Of a DNA stretch of 64,000 nucleotides, positions 1 through 11,390 are shown piece after piece (the first letter of the stretch is position 1; every line of letters begins with the position of its first letter). This DNA comes from Octopus vulgaris (Eukaryota): contig OX597814.1 of the NCBI GenBank assembly GCA_951406725.2, positions 188,728,001 to 188,792,000 on the forward strand, written 5' to 3'. The position numbers and the translations under genes were made by a program. Below the pieces are notes generated by a model. The model had not been told where the DNA came from and did not search any database. It was given only the letters and a program-made list of their open reading frames with translations.

Positions 1-418
<418 letters not shown>

Positions 419-734
419 TATAATTGATGCGCTAGATATGACTCTCTCAATGCACCGAGTGTTAAAACACCTGACAGTCATAGACATAGACCTCACCATA
501 AGTCCCATTCAGGAGTGATGGTCATCGCTGTTTCGCTATTTTTGTGGCTTATCAACATCACGTACCTGAACCGAGCCGGAGGCAAACTGAATAGCCTATC
601 TATGACGATATATAAAATGGTGTAAAGACCATCTGCTGGTATATCCGAACGATGCGGCGCAGGAATAAATTCAAATATAATGTGAGTGTGTTTGTATTTG
701 TTTGTTTGTGTTTGTGTGTGTATGTGTGTGTATA

Positions 735-1417
735 TATGTCATACGCTCACGTGTGTTTGGAATAATATTCTTGTCGTATTTATTTAAAAGTTTGTCATCA
801 AGTTTCAATAATTTTCTAAAGCACCATATTTGTTTCGATAAATTCGGTGCAATGTAGTTGAGCTGATTTTTAACATTTCCAATATATAATTTGAAGATGT
901 TAAATGTTAGTTAATAAATTAGCTCTGTTCTTTCATTGGTGATTCCAACTTGTCAAATAATGTCTATCTCTGCTTCGCTAGATAAAGAAAGAATGTTTAG
1001 CAAAATTTGTCGAATTATATTTTGCTTTTCTGTTTATATCGTGAATTATATTTCTTCACACATTTCAGAATATTTAATAATCAGCACATCACGATGGTTT
1101 AAAGTCTCACCAACTTTCTTTTGCATTTCTGTTATTAACTGTAAAATAATTACAAACGAGTTTCGTTTGAAGTGCAATTGCATATGCTTATATCGTTATG
1201 CAGTATTTAGCTAATTCTACAGAATTATTTCTTCGTAACTATTTCTCCAAATTATCATTTTCTATATTCTCTTATTTTATATAGTTAAAGTAATCGCTAT
1301 ACCTAAACTTAACCATATTGCATGTACTACTGTCGATGAAATACAAAATGCTTATCAATTAATTTGTCGTTGTATTCTGCAAAAGTTGGGTAAAACTCAT
1401 TGATATAATCATGTCAG
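735..1417 (-). pseudogene. Putative decayed terminal exon encoding a transmembrane segment and TIR-like domain (IL-1R/SIGIRR-like)
   Basis: Acceptor AAGTTTTCAG next to 1417. Manual translation across stops and frameshifts: TVVHAIWLSLGIAITLTI*NKRI*KMIIWRNSY..HNDISICNCTSNETR/FVIILQLITEMQKKVGETLNHRDVL..EEI*FTI*TEKQNII. Spacing resembles TM plus TIR box1/box2; no search run. Confidence 0.35.
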
Positions 1418-2096
1418 CTGAAAACTTGTAAATTGTAAAACAATTTTAAACTTAAGCTTATGCAGAACAACACTTGTATCAATGGCATTAATTAAGCATA
1501 TAACAATCATTTACAATATATATCTAATCTCCAGTCATTGGCATATGAACAAAATATACTGTATAATGTAAATATGCGTTTTCTTACACCTTTGCACCAC
1601 CAAAACGAAGACGTTCTGAACTGGTATTAGTTACACGTTTATTTTATGTTATGTAGTTTAAAATAAATGTTGAGAGATTATTTAGAAAAATTTAACCTCC
1701 CATAAAGACTCATATCTATTATGTAATATTTGCTAAATTCTTTAATTTAAAAATTCTTTCTATTTAAATTTAATGATCAAATGGAGGAGGACAAACAACA
1801 CCCGTAATATGACGCTATTGCGTTCAATGTAGTGTACTCCACTAAAAGATTTCAAGGCTCAAATGTCGGTGCTAGACTGGACGAGATATTAAGTCTACTA
1901 CTCAAGATTTGGAAGAGCTACTTGCACTCAATTTTCATCTACCAAATTTCATTTACAGGAGTTTGTCGATCTGTATCTATGTCAGAAAATATATCACTAA
2001 GGCGCCGCACAATGGGAATGGAAAAGAAAATATGTAGTATAAAGCAAATCTCTTAATCTAAGAGCTATGTCTGTACCTAAGTATTTAAAAAAATAC

Positions 2097-2309
2097 GCCC
2101 TTTTAAAACCTAGCCAGACTCAGTTACCCAGTTTTCATGGCGTATGTGTTCCCCAGCTGGATGGGACATCAGTTCATCGCAGCGTTACTCATTTTTGCCA
2201 GCTGAGTGGACTGGAGCAGCGTGAAATGAAGTCGCCCAATCCAGGAATCGAAACCACAATCTTACGATCATGATGCTGACACCCTAACCACTAAGCCACG
2301 CACCTCCAC
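2097..2309 (-). mobile_element. tRNA-derived SINE, head type D
   Basis: Minus-strand head GGAGGTGCGTGGCTTAGTGGTTAGGGTGTCAGC..GGTTTCGATTCC (A/B boxes); sister copy at 25400-25643. Confidence 0.85.
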
Positions 2310-2967
2310 AACCTAAGTATTTACAGTAACAATATTTGAGAAAGTTGGTAGATAGGTAAGGAGAAATAAAATATAAAATTTTAAATGATAAAAAAATAAT
2401 TAAAAATATTTCAGGAGATTAAAATATTGAGTACAGATCAGAGTTACTCATGAATTTCAGGAGTAATTCGTAAAAACAATCATTCCTAGAGCTATTCACT
2501 GTCGAATTATTTTTTAAATATTTAAAATTATAATTACGGGTTTATTCATACAAAACTATGAGACACATACATAAAAATCATTTGAAGTGTAACGTCATTG
2601 TTTATAAATATGAATGAATGTAAGATGTTTCTTTTATCTTCAGAACAAAAGCAAATACATAGAAGTAGTCAATAAATTTATCTCTAGTGATCAAAGTTCC
2701 GACACCTCGAGTATATGACCGAAGTGTGCTCCAGGGGAAACACCCGTTACGACATTGAATTTAATAAAACGTACATCATAGTAGATAATAAGCAAAAAAA
2801 AAAAAGAAAATAGAACAAGATCAAAAACAAACTCAGCAATGACTTATTTCCAGTCATAATTTTAAAAGAATGTTGTTCTAAAACAACAACCCTTGTAAAC
2901 AGATATCCTTGGCGCTGTGTTCCAGATACAGGTAATATAAATTATGTCTCTATCACAAACGTTTTGG

Positions 2968-3350
2968 TACTCTTTTACTCTTTTACTTGTTTCAATCATT
3001 TGACTGCGGCCATGCTGGAGCACCGCCTTTAGTCGAGCAAATCGACCCCAGGACTTATTCTTTGTAAGCCTAGCACTTATACTATCGGTCTTTTTTTGTC
3101 GAACCGCTAAGTTACGGGAACGTAAACACACCAGCATCGGTAAACACACAAACACACACACGCATATATATACATATACATATACACGACGGGCATCTTT
3201 CAGTTTCCGTCTACCAAATCCACTCACATGACGTTGGTCGGCCTGAGGCTATAGTAGAAGGCACTTGCCCAAGGTGCTATGCAGTGGGACTGAACCCGGA
3301 ACCATGTGGTTGGTAAGCAAGCTACTTACCACACAGCCACTCCTGCGCCT
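2968..3350 (-). mobile_element. tRNA-derived SINE, family B
   Basis: Head AGGCGCAGGAGTGGCTGTGTGGTAAG..GGTTCAGTCCC, CORE-like CCTTGGGCAAG, tail GAAACAAGTAAAAGAGTAAAA; many copies in window. Confidence 0.92.
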
Positions 3351-3353
3351 ATG

Positions 3354-3455
3354 AAAAAATATGGAACGCTTCACGAATTTGCGTGTTATCCTTGCGCAGA
3401 GGCCATGCTAATCTTCTCTGTAACGTTCCAATTTTAGAATATGTACAGCCGTAGC
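3354..3455 (-). pseudogene. U6: U6 snRNA pseudogene, missing ~6 nt at the 5' end
   Basis: Minus strand GCTACGGCTGTACATATTCTAAAATTGGAACGTTACAGAGAAGATTAGCATGGCCTCTGCGCAAGGATAACACGCAAATTCGTGAAGCGTTCCATATTTTTT matches metazoan U6; ACAGAGA box and AGC triad intact, several substitutions elsewhere. Confidence 0.95.
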
Positions 3456-3559
3456 TAAAATTTTTTAACATTAAACAGAGCAATAAGAAACGTATGAGTT
3501 AGGTTCTCTCACATAACAAAATCATATATAAAACTTTTTGAAAGAAATAATGTTAGAGA

Positions 3560-4960
3560 TTGTGTGCTGCCTTCAAAAAAACCAATCTTCTCAATCCAAA
3601 CCAATAGGGATTCCGAATGTCGAGAAACTGCCTTAATCGACCTCATTTATATGCACTAGAAAACAGTTCAAATGCTGACGTTACTTATTTAGACTATAGC
3701 AAGGGTTCATTCATGCAAATCCTAATCTGTTATCCAGAAAAGTATTGACCACTGATATTCAAGCAACATTATGTTGGAAAAGTACGATCTAATTAATATA
3801 AATTCTATGTGGTCTGTAATAGAATATGGTGGAGTACAGGGAACAAACATGAACGGTGTTCCCCAACAGACTGTATCCGGTTCCCAGTTCCTTCATTGTT
3901 ATTTAAATGATGCTGGGAATGAGTCTCAACAGAATAAAACGAATCTGCAACAGAAGAAAACCCTCAAGCTAAATCTAAAGACTGAAGCCAAAAATTCTCT
4001 TCTTTCATTCAAACCACAATTCTTCCTTAGACGGTTTCAATAAAGTAATATAGTTTAGTTCAGAAAATAAGATAAAACAGTTCTTTTCCTTTTTCTCCGT
4101 CAAATATCTCGGATCATCGGATAACTGTACAGACCTAAAAGTAATTGTCGATAAAATCTGTAATGGTGGGATTGCATTTAAAAAGAATTGATGCTACTAG
4201 GAAAATTTGCGCCTCAATACTCAGATCATTCCAGCTAAGAGACAATGATGTAATCGTAATTCATTTGTACATTGCCTTTCTTCGAACACACAAGCAATAT
4301 CGGAGCCCAATATGGCCCCAGCATATTAAAACGGACTCAAATCAACGAGTCTGTGTAGATACGTTTAACAATATAAATCATAAATAGTTTTGGCTAGTAT
4401 GATTTCTTAAAGACATTATTATACTACAAAAGGAACATGGCGACATACAAATTCTTATTTCTTTACTACCCACAAGTGGCTAAACATAGAGGGGACAAAC
4501 AAGAACAGACAAACAGATTAAGTCGATTACATCGACCCCAGTGCGTAACTGGTACTTGATTAATCGACCCCGAAAGGATGAAAGGTAAAGTCGACCTCGG
4601 CGGAATTTGAACTCAGAACGTAACAGCAGACGAAATACCGCTAAGCATTCGCCCGGCGTACAAATGATTCTGCCAGCTCGCCGCCTTATCACATAGTGAT
4701 ATACAAATTCTCTTAAACAATTTAGCAATGAGTGAGACCTTGCAGCACGCTAAGGGTTGCAAAACAAACACAAGAGAGTCCACTTTAACAATAACCTACA
4801 TTGGAGCTGGTCTATTCAACATCTCTGACACTGACACACAAATTCATACATGAACAGTTAGAATATGCTTAGATACGATCATATTTTAACTTCACTTTGG
4901 ATTTCTAACGATTCCAGACAAAATGCCTGTGTCAGATTATATTTCCCTACTGGAATAGGA
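3560..4960 (+). mobile_element. Decayed CR1/L2-like LINE ORF2 (RT and C-terminal region), interrupted by a SINE
   Basis: GVPQQTVSGSQFLHCYLND (cf. GVPQGTVLGPLLFLIYIND), ILRSF..LYIAFLRTHKQYRSPIW (cf. LYKALVRPHLEYCSPIW), and IPDKMP near the 3' end. Confidence 0.75.
4454..4687 (-). mobile_element. tRNA-derived SINE, family A (Nin/Deu-like central domain)
   Basis: Head AAGGCGGCGAGCTGGCAG, core GTCGACTTTACCTTTCATCCTTTCGGGGTCGAT; degenerate TSD ending ATACAAATTCT on both sides. Confidence 0.92.
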
Positions 4961-5564
4961 TAAGCTCATAAATTCCAAACTACGAGACGCTACGTGTTGG
5001 AATATTTAAAGGCAATCAGTATAACAATACCCATCTTCTCGATCATAAACGAGTTAATTCTTATTCTTATTTAGCAACACTAGGCATCTGTAAGACTGGA
5101 AGTAGCGTTTTATTTACTATTGACTTGAATTAGAGAATGAAGAATTATTGGGGAAGATACTACAATAATGTATACGGAATAAGTAACAGGGAATATTCTA
5201 CACCTTACCGTAGTTACGGAGGGAAGAACAAACATTTTGTAATTTGTTTTGTGTTATGTCTGTTAGAAAGATGGAGAAAAGATAAAGACAAGATGAAAAG
5301 TGAGGAGACGGAAGCGGAAAAGTATAAGAGTTAAGATGGATGTGTACGGCATAGTTGCAAGGAAGTAGAATATCATTTATCATAATGATTCAAAATCGCA
5401 ATAATTTTGCCGTGCCGAGGAACTGAAACGTAGGAATTGCAACGTAATCTAAATACTATGTGACATTGAACGTTCCTGCCGTTAGTAGAGGAAAGATAAT
5501 GAAGGAGATACAAAACCATGCCAATGTTGATAAATGATGTTAATGAGAATGTTGACGATAAAGA

Positions 5565-5667
5565 CGACGACGATGATGACGATGGGGATGATGGAGATAG
5601 CGATATTGATAATGACGGTATTGATGACGATGATAATGATGACGATGATGATGTTGTTGTTGTTGTT
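5565..5667. repeat. (GAT/GAC)n-(GTT)n trinucleotide microsatellite
   Basis: Directly visible. Confidence 0.9.
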
Positions 5668-6205
5668 TATGATAAATACAATAACACAACAGATATAACT
5701 CCGCCAGGATATTATTAAAGAAAGAAAGCTTTCAATAATCTTTCAACTACTTAGAGTCCTTTGATAATCTTTTCTGCCTTTAAGAGGCAAATTTTCTACA
5801 GAAGCTCTACAGGACATTCTATTCCAATCTCGTTCAACTATATGTCTATATCATTGCTTCCAGTTCCCATCGCACCAACTATTATAGGCACAATCGTTAC
5901 AGATTTCATATTCCAAATTCTTGAAATATCAAATTTTAAGAGATTGTACTTGTCTTTCGTCTTGTTTCTTTACGATCCTGAAATCAAACAGACTTGATAG
6001 ATTATTATTATTATTTGTTTGACTTTTGCTTTGTATTTGTACAAGTCTCACCCAGAGACCTCAAGAGACAACAAGTTAGAAGTTCAAGTTGGTGTTATGA
6101 CGAGGGTGACATATTTCTGTTTTGTATAGAATATTACTCCAGAGATTGTCTGTCAAACCATAAGAAAATCAAAAGTTTGTTTTAAAAGTAATTTGATTGT
6201 AAGAT
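5668..6205 (-). mobile_element. R4/Dong-like non-LTR retrotransposon 3' ends, two in tandem
   Basis: Minus strand LKFDISRIWNMKSVTIVPIIVGAMG..IGIECPVELL*KICLL fits the C-terminus after the REL endonuclease; second 3' end finishes in (TAA)n at ~6000-6015. Confidence 0.7.
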
Positions 6206-7076
6206 GGTTGTTGTGTCTTGTCGACATTGTTATGTCCTTCTTTGAACTCACTATATATGCCACTTAATAACGTAGACTTCTCAAAGTTTTATAACAATAC
6301 AGGTATAAATCAGAAACGACACAACAAAACAATATCTCTTCTCAACGACTTCCATGACTGTCTTCACAAAGCGCCTGCACACTTCACACTGTCCTTTACT
6401 GACTGTGCGCATGTACCATTATACGGTTTAGGACAGTTGACTTGCTATCCCACACGGGTGTCAGGATTTCACCAGAACATCTCCCTTTTTTCAGTTTGAC
6501 TTTCATTGGAAGTTAATATTTTCTTTTATTTATTATCTTTATTACCACCTCCACCCTTTTTTTCAATTCGTTGGGAAGACATTGGAATATTTCTTTCGTT
6601 TGGGTCTACTTGCAAAGGTTCTGCTTGCTTTCTTTTCTTAGTTACTGAACTTGTTGGTTCGATTATTCCTTGAGGTATCGGGACGTCAAAAATGTCATAA
6701 AGAAATTCCTTTGGCTCTTTATATCTTATTCTTTCTTCCGTAAACCTTTTTCAGTTGGTTTAGGTGTCTCTTGCGTTCCTACGTATGACCTTTTATCAAG
6801 AACGTTATTTTTCCTAAACGTTTACTTGTTATACCTTCTTCCTAACTTTTCTTTCCGTTTCTGTATATTAAAAAAAACCTTGTCACCGATTTTGAAGTAT
6901 TTCATCTCATTTTCAGTGTTTCTCTCCATTCTTTCTTTTCTTCAGGGTAGTAATTTGTCAAACACTGACCTAACTTTCCTGGCGAACATTAATTCAGCTG
7001 GCGACATACCTGATGTGGTTCTGGGGGTTAGGTGTTATTTGGTAGTCACTTAAGAATTGCGTCAATGCAGCATCAG

Positions 7077-7440
7077 CTAGTAGTTAGTTCCTAGATTTTT
7101 CAGCGCCCTTTTAAACGTGTCTACGAAACGTTCCGCTAGTCCATTCAATCTCGGATGGTATGGCGGAAGAGTAATATGCACCATTGCTTGCATTTTGCGA
7201 CAGTTTTTAAATTCCTTTGATGTGAACAGTGTTCCGTTACCAGACACTATAGTGTCTGGGACGCCATATCGCGCAAAAGGTACGTCCAGAAATTCCATCG
7301 ATACTTTGGAAGTTGTCTTCATACATTTACTTATTTCCGGCCATTTCGTACAACTAAACACAACTATTAGATAATATACTCCATTTAACGGTCCAGCGAA
7401 ATCTATGTGTAACCTTAACGAAAGTACTTCAGTGTTAGGT
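7077..7440 (-). pseudogene. Gypsy integrase (rve) core, degenerate
   Basis: ORF 7077..7361 plus upstream HIDFAGPLNG; the catalytic D of SDNG is mutated to G. Confidence 0.88.
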
Positions 7441-7491
7441 CAAGGTTTAATTTTTATTTACAGGTGCTGCCTTTGCTGCCAGGGCACAACC

Positions 7492-7960
7492 AGATCTTTT
7501 CGGTTTGAACGGCAGTTTTTTCTAGCGGTGTTATATGAAATTGTCATCCATAATTATGACCCTAGTATCGATCTATTGCATTTCAATCTATTTTAAGGTT
7601 AGGGTTAGTTAGGGTTAGGATTAGGGTTAGGATTAGGATTAGGGTTAGGGTTAGGGTTAGGGGTGGGGGGGAAGGGTATTTTTTTCTTCACAAATGTGAA
7701 TAAATCCAATCTGTTTCTTAAACGAAGGACATATTCATACGCCACAGAATGGTTTTTTACCTCAATAGACGTCATTGATTGGTTGAAATTGCAGAAATTG
7801 AAGAAAAAAACAGCAAATATCTTACAAACTATAGAATTTTCTCAATAAAGCCAAGAGAAAAAGATGTTTTATAAACACATTCTATCAGTATACGAAGTTT
7901 AAAAGTGTTTAGTTACGTGGAAATTATTTAAAAAAACTGCTGTTCAAACCGAAAAGATCT
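7492..7960. mobile_element. MITE with ~30-bp TIRs and an internal (TTAGGG)n-like tract
   Basis: AGATCTTTTCGGTTTGAACGGCAGTTTTTT (7492-7521) and AAAAAAACTGCTGTTCAAACCGAAAAGATCT (7930-7960); TTAGGG/TTAGGA repeats at ~7596-7662. Confidence 0.88.
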
Positions 7961-8098
7961 CACGTATGTATATTTGAATAATCGTTTTCAATTTTTTCTG
8001 CATCTTGTCGTAGATTTATAATTCTTTGGCATTCTTCAACCACTGTTTGTAGAGTTAGTTTTGCATCTTGTTCAAGCTTTGTCAATATTCGAGCCCTA

Positions 8099-8661
8099 AA
8101 AGGCGGCGAGTTGGCAGAAACGTTAGCATACCGGGTGAAATGCTTAGCGGTATTTCGTCTGCCGCTATCTTCTGAGTTCAAATTCCGCAGAGGTCGACTT
8201 TGCCTTTCATTCTTTCGGGGTCGATAAGTAAAGTACCAATATGCAGAAAACGTAATACCCAGCAGGGAAACAATCTGACACAGGCATTTTGTCTGGTATC
8301 GATAGAAATCCAAAGTGAAGTTAAAATATGATCGTATCTAAGCATATTCTAACTGTTCATGTATGAATTTGTGTGTCAGTGTCAGAGATGTTGAATAGAC
8401 CAGGACAATTATAAGTTATTGTTAAAGTGGACTCTATTGTGTTTATTTTGCAACCGTTACCGTGCTGCAAGGTCTCACTCATTGCTAAATTGTTTAAGAG
8501 AATTTGTATATCACTATGTGATAAGGCGGCGAGCTGGCAGAAACGTTAGCACGTCGGGCGAAATGCTTAACGGTATTGCATCTGCCGTTACGTTCTGAGT
8601 TCAAATTCCGCCGAGGTCGACTTTGCCTTTCATTCTTTCGGGGTCGATAAGTAAAGTACCA
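8099..8661 (+). repeat. Two 5'-half SINE A copies plus an inverted duplicate of 4550-4953, inside Gypsy gag
   Basis: 8259-8661 is the reverse complement of 4550-4953; 8100-8256 is a direct repeat of 8523-8679. Confidence 0.9.
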
Positions 8662-9132
8662 ATATGCAGAAAACGTAATCCCTTCTTTCGGATTATACGT
8701 GAATTCTTCAATAGAATTAGCAACCACGTTTGCCGAAAAAGAACACGAAGTGCTTTTTGACTGCAACTATAATTCCAACAACTGTTGATTTTGCTGTTTT
8801 TGTTGTAGTTGCTTTTGTACCCGGTCTTGCAGTTTCCGTTTTTTGTTGTTGCTGCTGTAGTTACCGTTGCAACTGAACCACGGAAGCTAATAGGTCTCCC
8901 ATGCTAGGAACGTCCACCGTGAGCTTCGAATGTCTCGTCGCCACTGTTGCGTCTTGTCGACGCTGTTATAGCCTTCTTTGAACTCACTGTATATATGCCG
9001 CTTTATAACGTGAACTTCTAACAAGATTATAACAATACAAATATAAATCAGAAACAGCACGCAACAAACCAATATCTCTTCTCAACGACTCCCACGACTA
9101 TCTTCATGAATCGCCTGTACACACCACATTGT

Positions 9133-10640
9133 ATTTCTTTATTTGGCCACACAGGGCCTAACATAGAAGGGGACAAACAAGGACAGACAAAACACAAAAG
9201 TAGGGAAAAATAAAATCGAATGAAAAGAATGATAAATGAAAAGGTGGAACGACGACAACTCGAACCCCACACTCCAGTTACCGTCATTAAACATTTTTAT
9301 AGGTAGTTTTTAAGCAGTTATTTCATTTTTGTCTCTTTCTTTGCTGTGTGTTGCTTGTGTTGTATATTCAGTGTTCTTTTTTTAGGGTAATTTTTGTTGT
9401 CTGTGTTTGTAATGTTTTTGTGTGCGTTCGTATAAATTCTTGTGCGTTCGTTTTTAGACTTTTTGTGTTCGTTGGAGGAAGAGAACGAGAAATTTTTTCC
9501 TCTTCCTCCCTGCAACTGACCATTCCTCCTCACTTACCTCGGTAGATGTGGACGGTCCAGCCTCCTCCGGCACGCAATTCTCCTTCTCTGCTGTCTTCTC
9601 CACCTCTTCCTACTTCTCTTTCTCCTCACCTGGAGCTTTCTAGTTCGGCTTCTCTTGCTGTTCCTTTTATTCATCCTGATTTTTCCTTCTACTTCAGGTT
9701 AAATGGCCTGGGGGCACATTTTCTTTATGTGCCCCTTCTGTCCGCACTCGAAACATCCTGGGATTCTTCCCTAGACCGAGTCTCCCAGTTTTGTCTCATC
9801 CGGTAGAATTATAAATTCTGTAATTTCTTCCAGTTCCGCTGGTGTGGCTTGAATTGTCGCCCGAAAACCCCCACCACACCAGTTCTGCACTTTTTTCTCC
9901 TCGAACTCCAGCAGTCTCACCTCCTCCATGATATTGGAACAAGCGACTGCCAGAAGTCACGCTGATCTAATTTCAGATGAATAACCTTCTATTGCGACTT
10001 TTGTGGTTCTTTTACCAAGATCAGTCGGCAAAAGAGCCAGCTCCTTCGCCTGCAGGGTGATTGCTGAATCATCCCTACCGTCGTATTCTGCCATGAACTG
10101 TACCTCCATAGTACCGAACTTCTTTCCTTTTTCATGTAGGCCACCTTGAACAAAATAGGTTTTAGGGCCTTTACAATTTCTTCGGTAGATGCTACCTCTA
10201 TTTTCTTTGTTTCAAGAGACAACGTTCTATAAATGATCGTTCGTTTTCTAGTTTGCTCCATGGCTTCCTTGGTGGGAGTTAATCTTACGTTTACTCCCCC
10301 CGAAAATTTGCTAAATTTTTTCCACGGCCTCTGGCCTGATGTATCTTCTTTGCCTTTTACAGACCGCTGCTGTATAATCTTCCACACTTTCTTCTGAGTC
10401 GATACTCTCTCCAGGAGGTCCAACACGTCATACAAATCACTAGTCATTTCGTGCGGGCACAATTCCAACACAAAATACAAACAATTCGCCCCCAACGGGA
10501 GAAAAGCATGAGAGCCAAGCCTGTTCAGGCGAACAATGTGTCAAAAGATACTAACAGTTTTTGAACACGAGGTAGTCTCAATGGGAACAGCTGCAACCAA
10601 ACGACACCAAACAATAAATAACCAGCCGCAACTCAAAGTA
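9133..10640 (-). mobile_element. Tx1/L1-clade element with decayed ORF1 (CCHC zinc knuckle) followed directly by the 3' UTR; no ORF2
   Basis: GRIPGCFECGQKGHIKKMCP (CX2CX4HX4C) at ~9712-9770; ORF 9989..10495; 3' end CCCTGTGTGGCCAAATAAAGAAAT as in the Tx1/L1 fragment end at ~56105-56127. Confidence 0.7.
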
Positions 10641-10819
10641 GCGCACACTACACTGTATTTCTTTTATTGCCTATAAAGGGCATACTGAGAGGGGACGAAC
10701 AAGGACAAACTCCTTGATGGTAGCGTCGGTATCTAATTCACATTTTAAATTTGACAAAAACTGAATCGACGATTATCTTAGAATCAGGCAATCAAGATAA
10801 TAATCTGATAAATGAAGAT

Positions 10820-11390
10820 CAAACTGACCCAATAATGAATGAGTTTTGCTATCTTGGAAAAAATTTTAGAAATCAATGTGATGAGAGCAAAGAAATATGA
10901 ATAGAACTGTAATATCTTCTGTCAACTCTTTAAACCACATTCGGAAAAATCCATAAGTAAATAAAACGACCAAATTGAAATTGTTGCCCTTTGTTCGATA
11001 TTTTCTATTGTAACGTATACATCTGAATCATGGGCTCTTAAAAAGATCATAGAAAATAAAAGAGAGTTTCTAAGATTAATGTCGTAGTAGCCTGTGGAGA
11101 ATTAGCTGGTCAGAGAAAAAAGAAAAATCAGTATACGTTGAAATTGAATGCAGCCTTGTAAAAGGACAAGCAAGCAAATACTCAGGTAATTTGGCATGTT
11201 ATAAGCGCTGATGCCTTACAAGAAGTGTTGATCACTGAAAAAGTCTCTGAAAAATGGAATAGAGACAAATCTGGACGAACCTCGTGTGGAGATAACAATA
11301 TTGAAGGTGGAAGATACAGTTAAATGGAAAAGATTGTTGGACAAATCAGAAGCTCTCCAAGAGTTTTCAGTGGTGAGCTATGATATGGCT
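10820..11390 (+). mobile_element. Old RTE-clade LINE 3' remnant
   Basis: EFCYLG..SKEI..IVTYTSESWAL..LWRISWSEK. Confidence 0.7.

Larger units (their letters stand above)
6209..9132 (-). mobile_element. Rearranged Gypsy/Ty3 LTR retrotransposon (integrase and gag remnants; PR-RT-RH absent)
   Basis: 3' LTR 6209-6479 with TG..CA ends; PPT AAAAAAGGGAGA 6480-6492; partial 5' LTR 8945-9132; PBS TGGCGACGAG 8934-8943; integrase HIDFAGPLNG..GVPDTIVSGNG..PPYHPRLNGLAERFVDTFK; gag SIEEFTYNPKEGITFSAYW. Confidence 0.9.

Noticed and set aside
3354-3455. Functional U6 gene
   Set aside because: 5' nucleotides missing and substitutions in conserved stems; no upstream promoter I can support
5518-5718. Asp-rich ORF suggesting an acidic protein
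   Set aside because: It is a (GAT/GAC)n microsatellite at a retroelement tail
7596-7662. Interstitial telomere or chromosome fusion site
   Set aside because: Short, one orientation only, and internal to a TIR-bounded MITE
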